This document shows positions 28,286 to 38,347 of a DNA stretch of 64,000 nucleotides, piece by piece (the stretch's first letter is position 1; each line of letters starts with the position of its first letter). The notes beneath the pieces were generated by a model. It made no database searches. It saw nothing but the letters and a program-made list of their open reading frames with translations, and was not told where the DNA came from. Source of the stretch: an uncultured Eubacteriales bacterium (lineage in GTDB: Bacteria; Acidobacteriota; Aminicenantia; Aminicenantales; Aminicenantaceae); assembly GCA_964440805.1 (NCBI GenBank), contig CAYTTR010000009.1:1658-65657 (forward strand), given 5' to 3'. A program made the position numbers and the translations under genes.

Positions 28286-29460
28286 TTCTCCTCCTCCAAG
28301 TACTCCGAATACAGAGGCGACATCTGTCTCAGTCTTTCAATAATGGGAGGAAAGACTTCCAGGAGATAATCTATGTCTTCCCTTGTATTTTCCTCCACAA
28401 AACTGAACACCAAAGAACCCTGGGCCACAGAATGATCCAGTCCCATGGCCAGAAGAACATGAGAGGCTTTTAGGGCTCGGGAAGTACAGGCTGAGCCGCT
28501 GGAAGCTGCGATTCCCTTCATATCGAGATTGAGCAACATAGCCTCTCCTTCAACAAAACGCACACAAAAACTGGCATGGTGAGGAAGCCTTCTTTCAGGA
28601 TGCCCGGTCAGAATAACATGGTTAACTTTTTTGGGAAGAAGTTTGATCAAACGATCGCGAAGAGGAAGAATATTTGTTTCTCTTTCCTTCATCCTCTGCT
28701 GGGCAAGTTCTGCAGCCCGGCCCATCCCAACTATTCCAGCCACATTTTCAGTTCCTGCCCGGAGGCCACTTTCCTGGATTCCTCCATGAATCAAAGGAAT
28801 TATTCTGGTTCCTTTTTTTATAAAAAGAGCAGCTGCTCCCTTAGAACCATAGAACTGGTGACCAGCCAAACTCATTGCATCAACCTTCAAGTTTCGTACA
28901 TCAATGGGAATATTTCCAGCAGCTGCTACGGCATCAGAGTGAAAAAGAACTTCCTTCTCCTGACAAACAGCAGCAATTTCTTTTACGGGCTGACTGGTGC
29001 CAACTTCACTGTTGGCCGTCATTACCGAAACAAGGATGGTATCAGGAGTAATCATTTTCTCTACATCTTCGGGATCAATCAATCCATGTGAATCACAAGG
29101 AACATGACTCAACTTAAATCCCATTTTTTCAAGCTGGAGGCCTGAGTGCAGAACAGATTGATGTTCAATAGAAGAAAGTATAATATGATTACCTTTCTTC
29201 CGATTAGCCAAGGCAAGCCCTTTTATGGCCATGTTATTGGACTCAGAGCCGCTGGAAGTAAAATATATCTCTTCGGGCTTGGCTTTTAATAACCTGGCGA
29301 CTTTTTCCCGGGCCTGTTCTATAGCCTTGTAAGCTTGCTGGCCAAAGGAGTGGAGACTCTGTGGATTACCGAAATGATTATTGAGATAAGGAACCATCGC
29401 TTGCCCTACCTCTTCTGAGATAGGTGTAGCAGCGATATGATCGAAATAAATCCTTTTCAT
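28282..29460 (-). CDS. iscS: cysteine desulfurase IscS/NifS
   Basis: 392 aa; class V aminotransferase fold; PLP Lys region and catalytic SSGSACTS loop. Confidence 0.85.
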   Translation of the reverse strand: MKRIYFDHIAATPISEEVGQAMVPYLNNHFGNPQSLHSFGQQAYKAIEQAREKVARLLKAKPEEIYFTSSGSESNNMAIKGLALANRKKGNHIILSSIEHQSVLHSGLQLEKMGFKLSHVPCDSHGLIDPEDVEKMITPDTILVSVMTANSEVGTSQPVKEIAAVCQEKEVLFHSDAVAAAGNIPIDVRNLKVDAMSLAGHQFYGSKGAAALFIKKGTRIIPLIHGGIQESGLRAGTENVAGIVGMGRAAELAQQRMKERETNILPLRDRLIKLLPKKVNHVILTGHPERRLPHHASFCVRFVEGEAMLLNLDMKGIAASSGSACTSRALKASHVLLAMGLDHSVAQGSLVFSFVEENTREDIDYLLEVFPPIIERLRQMSPLYSEYLEEEK

Positions 29461-29492
29461 TTCTTCCTTTGACCTTATCCTTATCCAGATGA

Positions 29493-29711
29493 TTAAACAG
29501 CCACTACTTCTTTAACTTCCGGAATTTCCTTTTTCAGGAGACGCTCAATTCCCATCTTCAGGGTAATCTGGGACATCGGACACCCCCCGCAAGCTCCGGT
29601 AAGTCTGACTTTAACCACTCCATCCTTTACTTCCACCAGCTCTACATCTCCTCCATCAGCTTTTAAGCTGGGACGGATTTTAGCCAAAGTCTTTTCTACC
29701 TGTTCTCTCAT
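29493..29711 (-). CDS. NifU C-terminal-domain (Nfu-type) Fe-S carrier protein
   Basis: 72 aa; GACGGCPMS CxxC motif characteristic of Nfu/NifU-C. Confidence 0.6.
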   Translation of the reverse strand: MREQVEKTLAKIRPSLKADGGDVELVEVKDGVVKVRLTGACGGCPMSQITLKMGIERLLKKEIPEVKEVVAV

Positions 29712-29882
29712 TATTCTGTTCCTCCTAAAAGATAATCCAGGTTAAATAATATCTTATTACTTTTTTATTCCAAACTCCATTAAAACCTGAAGAGTTTTTA
29801 ACTTGTAATCTCCTTCTATTTCTTATCAATTCTATATGATTACTGTATATTTTAAAGCTTACCCATCTTAAAGTCAACAACA

Positions 29883-30033
29883 GGGGACTTTCCCCAAAGG
29901 GACACCTCTTCCCCAAGACATTTAAATTTTTTTTGTTCCTATCTTTTAATAATAATTGATCGTAAGGATAATAAATCTAATTCTCTTCTGGAAAGGGTGT
30001 CCTTTTAGGGAACGCCCTTTAGGGAACGTCCCC
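29883..30033. repeat. inverted pair of REP-like elements (copy 2 forward at 29883-29914; tandem reverse-complement copy 3 at 29995-30033) flanking an AT-rich 80-bp spacer
   Basis: GGGGACTTTCCCCAAAGGGACACCTCTTCCCC versus GGGTGTCCTTTTAGGGAACGCCCTTTAGGGAACGTCCCC; same family as 6539-6570 and 61738-61771. Confidence 0.5.
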
Positions 30034-30034
30034 T

Positions 30035-31372
<1,338 letters not shown>

Positions 31373-31427
31373 TCATTTTTTTCTTCCACCGGAAGGATTC
31401 TACCAAATGGCCTTAGGGGAGACAAGC

Positions 31428-32483
31428 TCAAAAAAGCACTGCTATCTGGAAAGAAAACCGGTCCTCTTCTAAATCTGCATTCAGGTCAGTATTCCAGTCA
31501 TATTCGAATTTAAGGAAAAGAACTCTGTCAATGGCATAAACTGCGCCCAAAGCCCATCGGTTCTTACTTATATTAGTCCCTTCGCCTGGCAAATCCTCTC
31601 CAGCAAATCCCTTTCCATGAAAAGGATCGGTGTAAGTTACTTTCTGATAGCTCAAAACAGGAGTTAGACCTCCCCAATTCAGAGTTGCTTGGACAAAATA
31701 ACCATCAAGTTCTCCGGTCAAAAATTCTTCTGGATTCTCAATTTTAGCCCCACTATATTCAGCCAAGAGAGAAAAAGAGGAAGTTACCCAGGAAAAATAA
31801 AATCCCTGCAGGTGAATCCAGCGCAGATTTCCATCATCATATTTCCCTTGATAACGGGAATAACCGACTTCAAAATTTTCCTCAAGCTGCCAGGTGATTT
31901 GTCCACCAATCCCCTTATTGGCATTGTTATCAGCCCACTGCTGCCCCTGACTCAATGTCGATGCTTCGGCCAGGCCATTTCCTGCATAGACTGCATAACG
32001 GAGGCCTCCCCATAGGCCTTGGATTCCAATCCCAAGATCACGCCATCGTTCGGGATAAGTGTATTCGAGGTTCAGGGGACGGTGGATAAGAGCTGTTTCA
32101 TGAGCCCTGAAAAGCTCATTATAAATTCCGAAGGGAACCAAGTACAGCCCTAACCGGAACTCAAACGTTATTGAGGGCTTGAACCTCATCCAGGCCCTAT
32201 CCAGACTGAAAGAATCGTTCCCTTGCAAATGAAACTCCCCCAGAAAATCCACGTTGGAGGTAATTTCTTCACTAAAAATCATTCCCAAAACAGGCCGGTA
32301 AAACTCACCATGAGTATAATCAGTGTCTACTTGTCCCTTTGAATAAGTACAGGAAAGATAAAAAGATGTTTTTCCCGCTAAATTAACTGGAACAATAACA
32401 GCCAGTCCCAAACAAAGACTGAACACCTTCTTTTTTAAAGAATTGAAAAATCGAAATCGTCTTCCAAAATATCTTTTTTCCAT
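31428..32483 (-). CDS. putative outer-membrane beta-barrel porin (hypothetical)
   Basis: 351 aa; signal peptide; aromatic-rich alternating strands; C-terminal ...QIAVLF. Overlaps the upstream gene's end by 49 nt. Confidence 0.45.
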   Translation of the reverse strand: MEKRYFGRRFRFFNSLKKKVFSLCLGLAVIVPVNLAGKTSFYLSCTYSKGQVDTDYTHGEFYRPVLGMIFSEEITSNVDFLGEFHLQGNDSFSLDRAWMRFKPSITFEFRLGLYLVPFGIYNELFRAHETALIHRPLNLEYTYPERWRDLGIGIQGLWGGLRYAVYAGNGLAEASTLSQGQQWADNNANKGIGGQITWQLEENFEVGYSRYQGKYDDGNLRWIHLQGFYFSWVTSSFSLLAEYSGAKIENPEEFLTGELDGYFVQATLNWGGLTPVLSYQKVTYTDPFHGKGFAGEDLPGEGTNISKNRWALGAVYAIDRVLFLKFEYDWNTDLNADLEEDRFSFQIAVLF

Positions 32484-33637
32484 TGGCTAATATCTTTCTT
32501 TTGCTTAACAGCCCGGCTCATTTCATTAATCCCTTTTTTAAGACCCAACCAGATTGCTCCTGCGGCTTTCCCATCCTCAAGGACAATTTTTTTATAAATT
32601 CCTCTCTCCCTGTCTTCTCTCTTTATTTCTTCAAAATTATCCCCTTCGGGATTAATAAGACCCAGAGAAGTCAAATCGATTCCCATCACTTTCAGGGTAT
32701 TGGAGGGTACGGTTCCCCTATACTTTTTCTCTTGACCAGCAATATTGGCAGCTGCTACCTGAGCCTGATCATAGGTTGCCGGAATTATACCATAAGTCAC
32801 TCCTTGAAACTGAGTTACATCTCCGGCAGCATAGACTTTGGAATGACTGGTCCGGCATAATTCATCAATCACCACTCCCTGGTTAACTTCAAGTCCAGCC
32901 TCCTTGGCCAGCCCGGTGTTCGGACGGACTCCGGCTGCCACCAATGCTGTCTCAGTCCTCATTTCCTTCCCCTCTTGAAAACGAATTCCGGAAATTTCCT
33001 CTCTTCCAAGCAATTCTTTAGTCATCATACCCACATGAACACTAATCCCCATTTTTTCGATTAAATCTTTAAGGATTTCTCCTCCGCGAGGATCGAGTTG
33101 CTTAGGCAGGAGATAGGAGAAATATTCCACAATATCTACTTCGGCCCCCCGGGTTTTAAGAGCCCTGGCAACCTCCAATCCCAAAAGGCCTCCTCCGATT
33201 ATAATAATCTTTCTCTTCTTATCTACCCTGTCTGTTAAAAAATCAGCATCATCAAGAGTTCTCAGGGACAATACCCCTTGTTTATCCATGCCTTTAAAAG
33301 GAGGAAAAAATGGCCTTGCGCCATTGGCCAGAACCAGAATGTCATATTTCTCCTTTTCTCCTCCCCGTGGTTCCACTTCTCTACTTTGAAGAAAAAGTTT
33401 CTCCACCGGTTTTTCAAACTTAACAGAGATATTGCGGGACTCAAACCATTGCCCGGAAAAAGGGAACAGTTTCTCGCGGGGAAGTTTCCCCGCCAGATAT
33501 TCGATAAGATTAGGTCTGGGATAATAATGATACTTCTCCTGGGCAAAGATATCTATAACTGTTTTATCATCCAGCTCCCTTAGTGTTTTGGCCAGAATCA
33601 CTCCCGCCAGGCCATTGCCTATAATTATTACACGCAT
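32435..33637 (-). CDS. FAD/NAD(P)-dependent pyridine-nucleotide-disulfide oxidoreductase, NADH:rubredoxin reductase-like
   Basis: 400 aa; two Rossmann GxGxxG motifs (IIIGNGLAG; IIIIGGGLLG); sits immediately downstream of a rubredoxin gene. Confidence 0.6.
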   Translation of the reverse strand: MRVIIIGNGLAGVILAKTLRELDDKTVIDIFAQEKYHYYPRPNLIEYLAGKLPREKLFPFSGQWFESRNISVKFEKPVEKLFLQSREVEPRGGEKEKYDILVLANGARPFFPPFKGMDKQGVLSLRTLDDADFLTDRVDKKRKIIIIGGGLLGLEVARALKTRGAEVDIVEYFSYLLPKQLDPRGGEILKDLIEKMGISVHVGMMTKELLGREEISGIRFQEGKEMRTETALVAAGVRPNTGLAKEAGLEVNQGVVIDELCRTSHSKVYAAGDVTQFQGVTYGIIPATYDQAQVAAANIAGQEKKYRGTVPSNTLKVMGIDLTSLGLINPEGDNFEEIKREDRERGIYKKIVLEDGKAAGAIWLGLKKGINEMSRAVKQKKDISQWKKDILEDDFDFSIL

Positions 33638-33662
33638 GCTATTTTATAAGAAGAGATAAATT

Positions 33663-33824
33663 TCAGTCTATTTTACGAAAAAATTCTTTTCCCACTCCAC
33701 ACTGAGGACAAACCCAGTCATCGGGAAGTCCTTCAAAGGGAGTTCCCGGTTCTATTCCATTTTCCGGGTCTCCCATTTTTGGATCATAAATATAGCCACA
33801 AGCTGTGCATTCCCATTCATCCAT
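33663..33824 (-). CDS. rub: rubredoxin (53 aa; not in ORF track)
   Basis: Manual translation of the minus strand gives [53 protein letters not shown], with both canonical CxxCG knuckles. Confidence 0.8.
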   Translation of the reverse strand: MDEWECTACGYIYDPKMGDPENGIEPGTPFEGLPDDWVCPQCGVGKEFFRKID

Positions 33825-33851
33825 TGATTTCTCCTTTCTTTGGTCTCATTT

Positions 33852-34304
33852 TTAATAACCTTCTAAAACACGGGTTTCATATTCGCTTTCCAGACGGAGC
33901 TTATGCGATTTCTCTTGAGCCACCAGGAATTGAAAAAGCCTTTTTATTTCCTCGGATTTTGCCCGCTCGGCCAGATCACTGTAAAGCTCCACTGCTTTCT
34001 GCTCTTTCTTGGCAGCAAAGATTAAAATATCCTGAAATTTCATATCCTCTTCAAGTGGTTCTTCCACCAGATAATCGGAAATCTTCATATCATCAACCCT
34101 TGGAATTGAACCGGTTTCAAGGATTTTCCTGTCCAGTCCTTGGAGCAATCGCTTGTGATTCATTTCTTCTGACTGAAGATCACTGAGAAGTTCTTTCAAT
34201 CCCGGAGTCTTGGCTTTTTTTTGAAGCTCACCATATCTGTTTATGGCTTCTTCCTCCCTTTCTATGGCAAATTGAATAACCGAATCGAAATCAGAAAAAT
34301 CCAT
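33852..34304 (-). CDS. ferritin-like diiron-domain protein (rubrerythrin-like paralog)
   Basis: 150 aa; E..H motif pairs (EREEEAINRY, EEMNHKRLL, AQEKSHKLRLE). Confidence 0.55.
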   Translation of the reverse strand: MDFSDFDSVIQFAIEREEEAINRYGELQKKAKTPGLKELLSDLQSEEMNHKRLLQGLDRKILETGSIPRVDDMKISDYLVEEPLEEDMKFQDILIFAAKKEQKAVELYSDLAERAKSEEIKRLFQFLVAQEKSHKLRLESEYETRVLEGY

Positions 34305-34562
34305 TCTCCTTTCTCCTCATAATCATTATTTCTCCCTCCTTCCTCAAAAAAAATAAAGACATCAGAAAGATGAGATTTTTGCATGAATATTATAAATAAA
34401 AAAACAGCTATTGTGAAATTTATAATAAAAAACGCTAGAATTTTTTCAATGGAGACATACCATTCTCTCCCAATTTGACGACGGCTTAAAAATTTGATGG
34501 AACTCCGGGAATGTTTTTTACCTTGATTTCAGCAGCTGTTTTAATTATTATTTTCATCTACA

Positions 34563-34931
34563 ATGAAAATAAAACACTGGTTAATTCTGATCTCAAGTTG
34601 GTTGGTTCCCGGGCTAGGTCATATGGTTCAGAAAAAAACCAACCGGGCCTTAATTTTTTTTGCCTGTATTAGCTTGATGACCTTGATGGGGCTTCTGGCA
34701 GGAGGTAGAATCTATTCTTTCCAATTGGAGAATCCTCTGACTATCCTGGCTTTTTTTTCTGATCTGGGCAATGGCCTTTTCTACTTCATATCCCGAAAAA
34801 TCGGATTGGGACTGGGGGACCTGAAAAGAACTTCTTACGAATTTGGAACAGCTTTCCTGGCTGGAGCAGGACTCCTGAACTATCTCGTCGCTCTCGATGC
34901 CCTGGATATCGCTTTAGGGAGAAAAAAGTGA
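34563..34931 (+). CDS. small integral membrane protein (hypothetical)
   Basis: 122 aa with 3-4 predicted TM helices; no recognisable family. Confidence 0.35.
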   Translation: MKIKHWLILISSWLVPGLGHMVQKKTNRALIFFACISLMTLMGLLAGGRIYSFQLENPLTILAFFSDLGNGLFYFISRKIGLGLGDLKRTSYEFGTAFLAGAGLLNYLVALDALDIALGRKK

Positions 34932-35104
34932 TCCTGGAAAGCCATTTCTTTTCTCTTGTTATTTATGCCTTGCTGGTCAGCCTGGTTTTATCCTTGATAA
35001 GAAGAAATGACCGGAAAGCAAGGATTAAGCATTTCATCTCTCTTTTCCTCATCATGGTCCTCGGAGCTTTTCTTTTCGGTTGGTTCATGTATTTGTTCTT
35101 ATAA
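34928..35104 (+). CDS. possible small membrane protein (58 aa, GTG start; not in track)
   Basis: Hydrophobic two-helix ORF overlapping the upstream stop (GTGA); weak support. Confidence 0.2.
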   Translation: MILESHFFSLVIYALLVSLVLSLIRRNDRKARIKHFISLFLIMVLGAFLFGWFMYLFL

Positions 35105-35158
35105 AGAGTCTTTTAAAAACAGGAACCGCATAATGTCAGCTTTTCGGCCTCATAAAAT

Positions 35159-35824
35159 ATGATAGAGCTTTACCACATCTGGAAACAATACCAGAAGCCC
35201 CATTGGGCGCTGTCAGATATCACCTTTTCCTTAAACAGAGGAGATTTCTGTTTTATAACCGGTCCCAGCGGGTCGGGAAAGACCACCCTGTTGAAAATCA
35301 TATACCAGAATATTTTCCCTTCTCAGGGACAAATAATTATCGATGGGAAAAACATTCTTCGAATCCCCAGTCATAAAATATACCAACTGAGGAGGACCAT
35401 GGGTATTGTTTTCCAGGATTTTCGTCTCCTTTTTCATAAAAAAGTATTTGATAACGTGGCTGTTGTTCTTCAGGTTCTGGGAATACCCAGAAAAGAAATC
35501 AGGCGTCGCGTCTTCAATGCACTCAGAATGGTAAATCTCCACCATAAAATGTGGGATTTTCCCTCACAACTTTCCTATGGAGAACAACAGAGAGTAGCCA
35601 TCGCCCGGGCAGTAGTCAATCATCCAAAAATCATCTTAGCCGACGAACCCACTGGAAATCTGGATCCTGAATTGGCCTTCGAAATTATGAGCTTCTTCAA
35701 AGAAATTAATAAACAAGGAGCCACCGTAATTATCTGCACTCATGACCGGGAACTAATCCGACATTTCGGAGAAAAAATTCTCTTTCTCTATAAAGGAAAA
35801 CTTTTAAGAAAGGAAACACTCTGA
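35159..35824 (+). CDS. ftsE: cell-division ABC ATPase FtsE
   Basis: 221 aa; Walker A GPSGSGKTT, LSYGEQQR signature, Walker B ILADEPTGNLD; followed by ftsX. Confidence 0.85.
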   Translation: MIELYHIWKQYQKPHWALSDITFSLNRGDFCFITGPSGSGKTTLLKIIYQNIFPSQGQIIIDGKNILRIPSHKIYQLRRTMGIVFQDFRLLFHKKVFDNVAVVLQVLGIPRKEIRRRVFNALRMVNLHHKMWDFPSQLSYGEQQRVAIARAVVNHPKIILADEPTGNLDPELAFEIMSFFKEINKQGATVIICTHDRELIRHFGEKILFLYKGKLLRKETL

Positions 35825-35901
35825 TTTTTCGACAAATCAAGTACTTTCTCAACGAAACAGCCAACAATCTCTGGCAATTCAGAACAAGGAATATTTTTTC
35901 C

Positions 35902-36720
35902 ATGACCATAATTTGTCTTTCTTTTCTTATCCTGGGAATATTTATGTCTCTTTCCAACAATCTCAAGTATACAGCCCAGCAGATTTCCCAGAATATGCAG
36001 GCTGTTATTTTTATCCTGAAAGACACTGCTCCAGAAGATATAGATGAAATCGAAAAAGTACTCCGGGAATTATCTGTAGTTGACCATTATCAGTTTGTTA
36101 ATGAAGAAGAGGCAGTCCAAAGATTCAAGGAAAGATTCCCTTCCCTTCGGGGAATTGTAGACAATCTCAACACAAATCCATTTCCTTCATCCTTTGAAAT
36201 AACTTTTCGCAAGAAAAATTCATCTTCTGAAGAAATCCTCTCCTCTCTGCACATGATCGAAAAAATGAAAGGAGTGGATGATGTCCAATTTAATCAAGAA
36301 TGGGTAGAAAGGATGCAGTCATTCAGCCGGTTGGCCAGTGCAGTGGGTTTTTTTCTGGGGGGAATTCTCATTTTAGCTTCATTTTTTATCGTTTCCAACG
36401 TAATAAAGTTAAACGTCTACTCACGCCAAGATGAAATAGAAATTCTACGCTTATCAGGAGCCACCAACTTATTTATCAGGACTCCTTTTCTTCTGGAAGG
36501 AATTACTCTTGGAGTTCTGGGAGGAATAGTATCTCTTGGGCTGCTTTTCCTGACCATCCAGATACTTCCTCTTTACCTTGGTTCATCCTTCGGCGCCCTG
36601 AATGATTTAATCAATTTTCGATTTCTTTCCCTGACCCAATGTCTGGCTTTAATAATATCAGGGGCCTTGATAGGATTTCTGGGTAGCCTCAGTTCTATTT
36701 CACGCTTTTTAAAAACATGA
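35902..36720 (+). CDS. ftsX: cell-division permease-like protein FtsX
   Basis: Four TM helices plus a periplasmic loop. The conserved N-terminal region (IFRQIKYFLNETANNLWQFRTRN) lies upstream of the first ATG with no canonical start codon in frame, so the true start is probably non-canonical near 35821-35826. Confidence 0.7.
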   Translation: MTIICLSFLILGIFMSLSNNLKYTAQQISQNMQAVIFILKDTAPEDIDEIEKVLRELSVVDHYQFVNEEEAVQRFKERFPSLRGIVDNLNTNPFPSSFEITFRKKNSSSEEILSSLHMIEKMKGVDDVQFNQEWVERMQSFSRLASAVGFFLGGILILASFFIVSNVIKLNVYSRQDEIEILRLSGATNLFIRTPFLLEGITLGVLGGIVSLGLLFLTIQILPLYLGSSFGALNDLINFRFLSLTQCLALIISGALIGFLGSLSSISRFLKT

Positions 36721-37428
36721 AGAAACAAGGACTGAAGATAGTTTTCTGGCAAGAATGTGAGCCTGGCGGAGAGGCTCAGGAATACGGTACTTGGAAAACT
36801 GGAGAGAAAACTGGTGAGCTGCTTCTATATCCATTTTATGTCCGGGGGAGATAAAAACAGGTTTGACCTTTTCGCGAGTCCGCAAGCAAATTCCAACCAC
36901 CTCACCTGAAGAATTTAAGTAATTCGTCCATCCTCCCCTTTTTTCAGGGGGTACTAATTGAGAACTATAAAAAGGCTTTTTGGCACAGCCAATGGTGCTT
37001 AAACCGAGGAGTAATCCCAAATGGGAAGCCAAGCCCATTTTCCTGGGATGAGCAATTCCATTACCGTCAACAAATAAAACATCTGGTAAATTTCTTAACT
37101 CCTGCAAAGCTTTGCGGCAAGGGGAAAACTCCCTAAAACTCAAGAAGCTGGGAATGTAAGGAATTTTCACCCTATCCATTGAACAGGCGGCTTCCGCTAT
37201 CTCTAGCTCAGGCACTTTAAGTATGACCACAGCAGCCGTGATGAATCTTCCTGAAATATCATAACCACAATCTACTCCTCCTACATAACGGAGTTCTTTT
37301 TCCGACCACTCCGTGAGAAGCCGGGATGCCAAGCGGATTTGAGTTCGAGCTGCCCTTTCAACCTGAAAACCTTCTGTTTTTTTCATTTGAAAATCAAGAG
37401 CTCCTTTCAGGAAGGAAAATAAGAACAA
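36709..37428 (-). CDS. nfi: endonuclease V (deoxyinosine 3' endonuclease)
   Basis: 239 aa; GVDCGYD, PYIPSFLSFRE, VDGNGIAHPRKMGLASHLG, IGCAK motifs. Confidence 0.85.
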   Translation of the reverse strand: MFLFSFLKGALDFQMKKTEGFQVERAARTQIRLASRLLTEWSEKELRYVGGVDCGYDISGRFITAAVVILKVPELEIAEAACSMDRVKIPYIPSFLSFREFSPCRKALQELRNLPDVLFVDGNGIAHPRKMGLASHLGLLLGLSTIGCAKKPFYSSQLVPPEKRGGWTNYLNSSGEVVGICLRTREKVKPVFISPGHKMDIEAAHQFSLQFSKYRIPEPLRQAHILARKLSSVLVSSCF

Positions 37429-37495
37429 GAAAAATTTTTTCTACCTTAATCCATTGACGCATCTGCATTTATATTATATCTTAAAATGCATAAAG

Positions 37496-38272
37496 ATGTC
37501 GTCACTCGGCCAGGATTTAAAAAAAGAGAGAGAATTAAGGGGAATCTCTCTTAAAGAAATTGCAGAATCTACCAAAATCAACCTTCGCTTCTTGAAGGCT
37601 CTGGAAGAAGATCAGATGAATCTACTTCCAGGAAAATTTTTTACAAGAGGAATAATCCGGGCTTATTCCTCTCACCTTGAACTTGATGTGGAAGAAATTT
37701 TGAACCGGTACCAGAAAATCGTTGAGGATGAAGAACAAAAGAAAAAGCAATTAAGAGAAGCAGAAGAAGAGCCCTCTCCTTCCAGGTATGGATTTAGAAA
37801 GGCTGTTATCTATTTTTTTCTTGGGCTGGCTATAATTGCCTTCTTTCTTTTTGTCTCCCGAATCTTAAGAAAAAACCCACCTCCCCAGACTACTACAATT
37901 CTTTCCCCAGCAGGAGTTGAGAAAACCACTTTTCCCTCCATTAAAAAAGAAACAACACCCCCTCAACCTCAATTTAGTGGACTCATCTTTGAGCTATCTT
38001 TTCATCAGGAGACTTGGCTCCAAGTGTATGTTGATGGAGTCTTGAAAATTGACGGAATAAAAATGCCCGGAGAGAAAATCAACTTGGAAGTTGATGAAGA
38101 ATTTCTGATGCATCTGGGAAACGCCGGAGGACTAACTTATACCATTAATGGAGAGGAAGGAAAGATTTTCGGAAAATCCGGACAGGTAGTTAAAAACATC
38201 AGAATTAACCAAGATAATTACACGGAATTCTTAGCCGAAGATGTGTTATCTCCTCAGGCTAATGTCAACTGA
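37496..38272 (+). CDS. rodZ: RodZ-like cytoskeleton protein (HTH-XRE, TM, C-terminal DUF4115-like)
   Basis: N-terminal HTH (LGQDLKKERELRGISLKEIAESTKI), single TM, C-terminal beta-rich domain; start taken at the internal ATG (track ORF begins at 37454). Confidence 0.6.
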   Translation: MSSLGQDLKKERELRGISLKEIAESTKINLRFLKALEEDQMNLLPGKFFTRGIIRAYSSHLELDVEEILNRYQKIVEDEEQKKKQLREAEEEPSPSRYGFRKAVIYFFLGLAIIAFFLFVSRILRKNPPPQTTTILSPAGVEKTTFPSIKKETTPPQPQFSGLIFELSFHQETWLQVYVDGVLKIDGIKMPGEKINLEVDEEFLMHLGNAGGLTYTINGEEGKIFGKSGQVVKNIRINQDNYTEFLAEDVLSPQANVN

Positions 38273-38347
38273 AAATTTCTGGGGAATCCGGTTTTACTTC
38301 CTCTCTTGTCAAACAGCAAAATATAGTCCAAAATAAAGACCTCTAAC

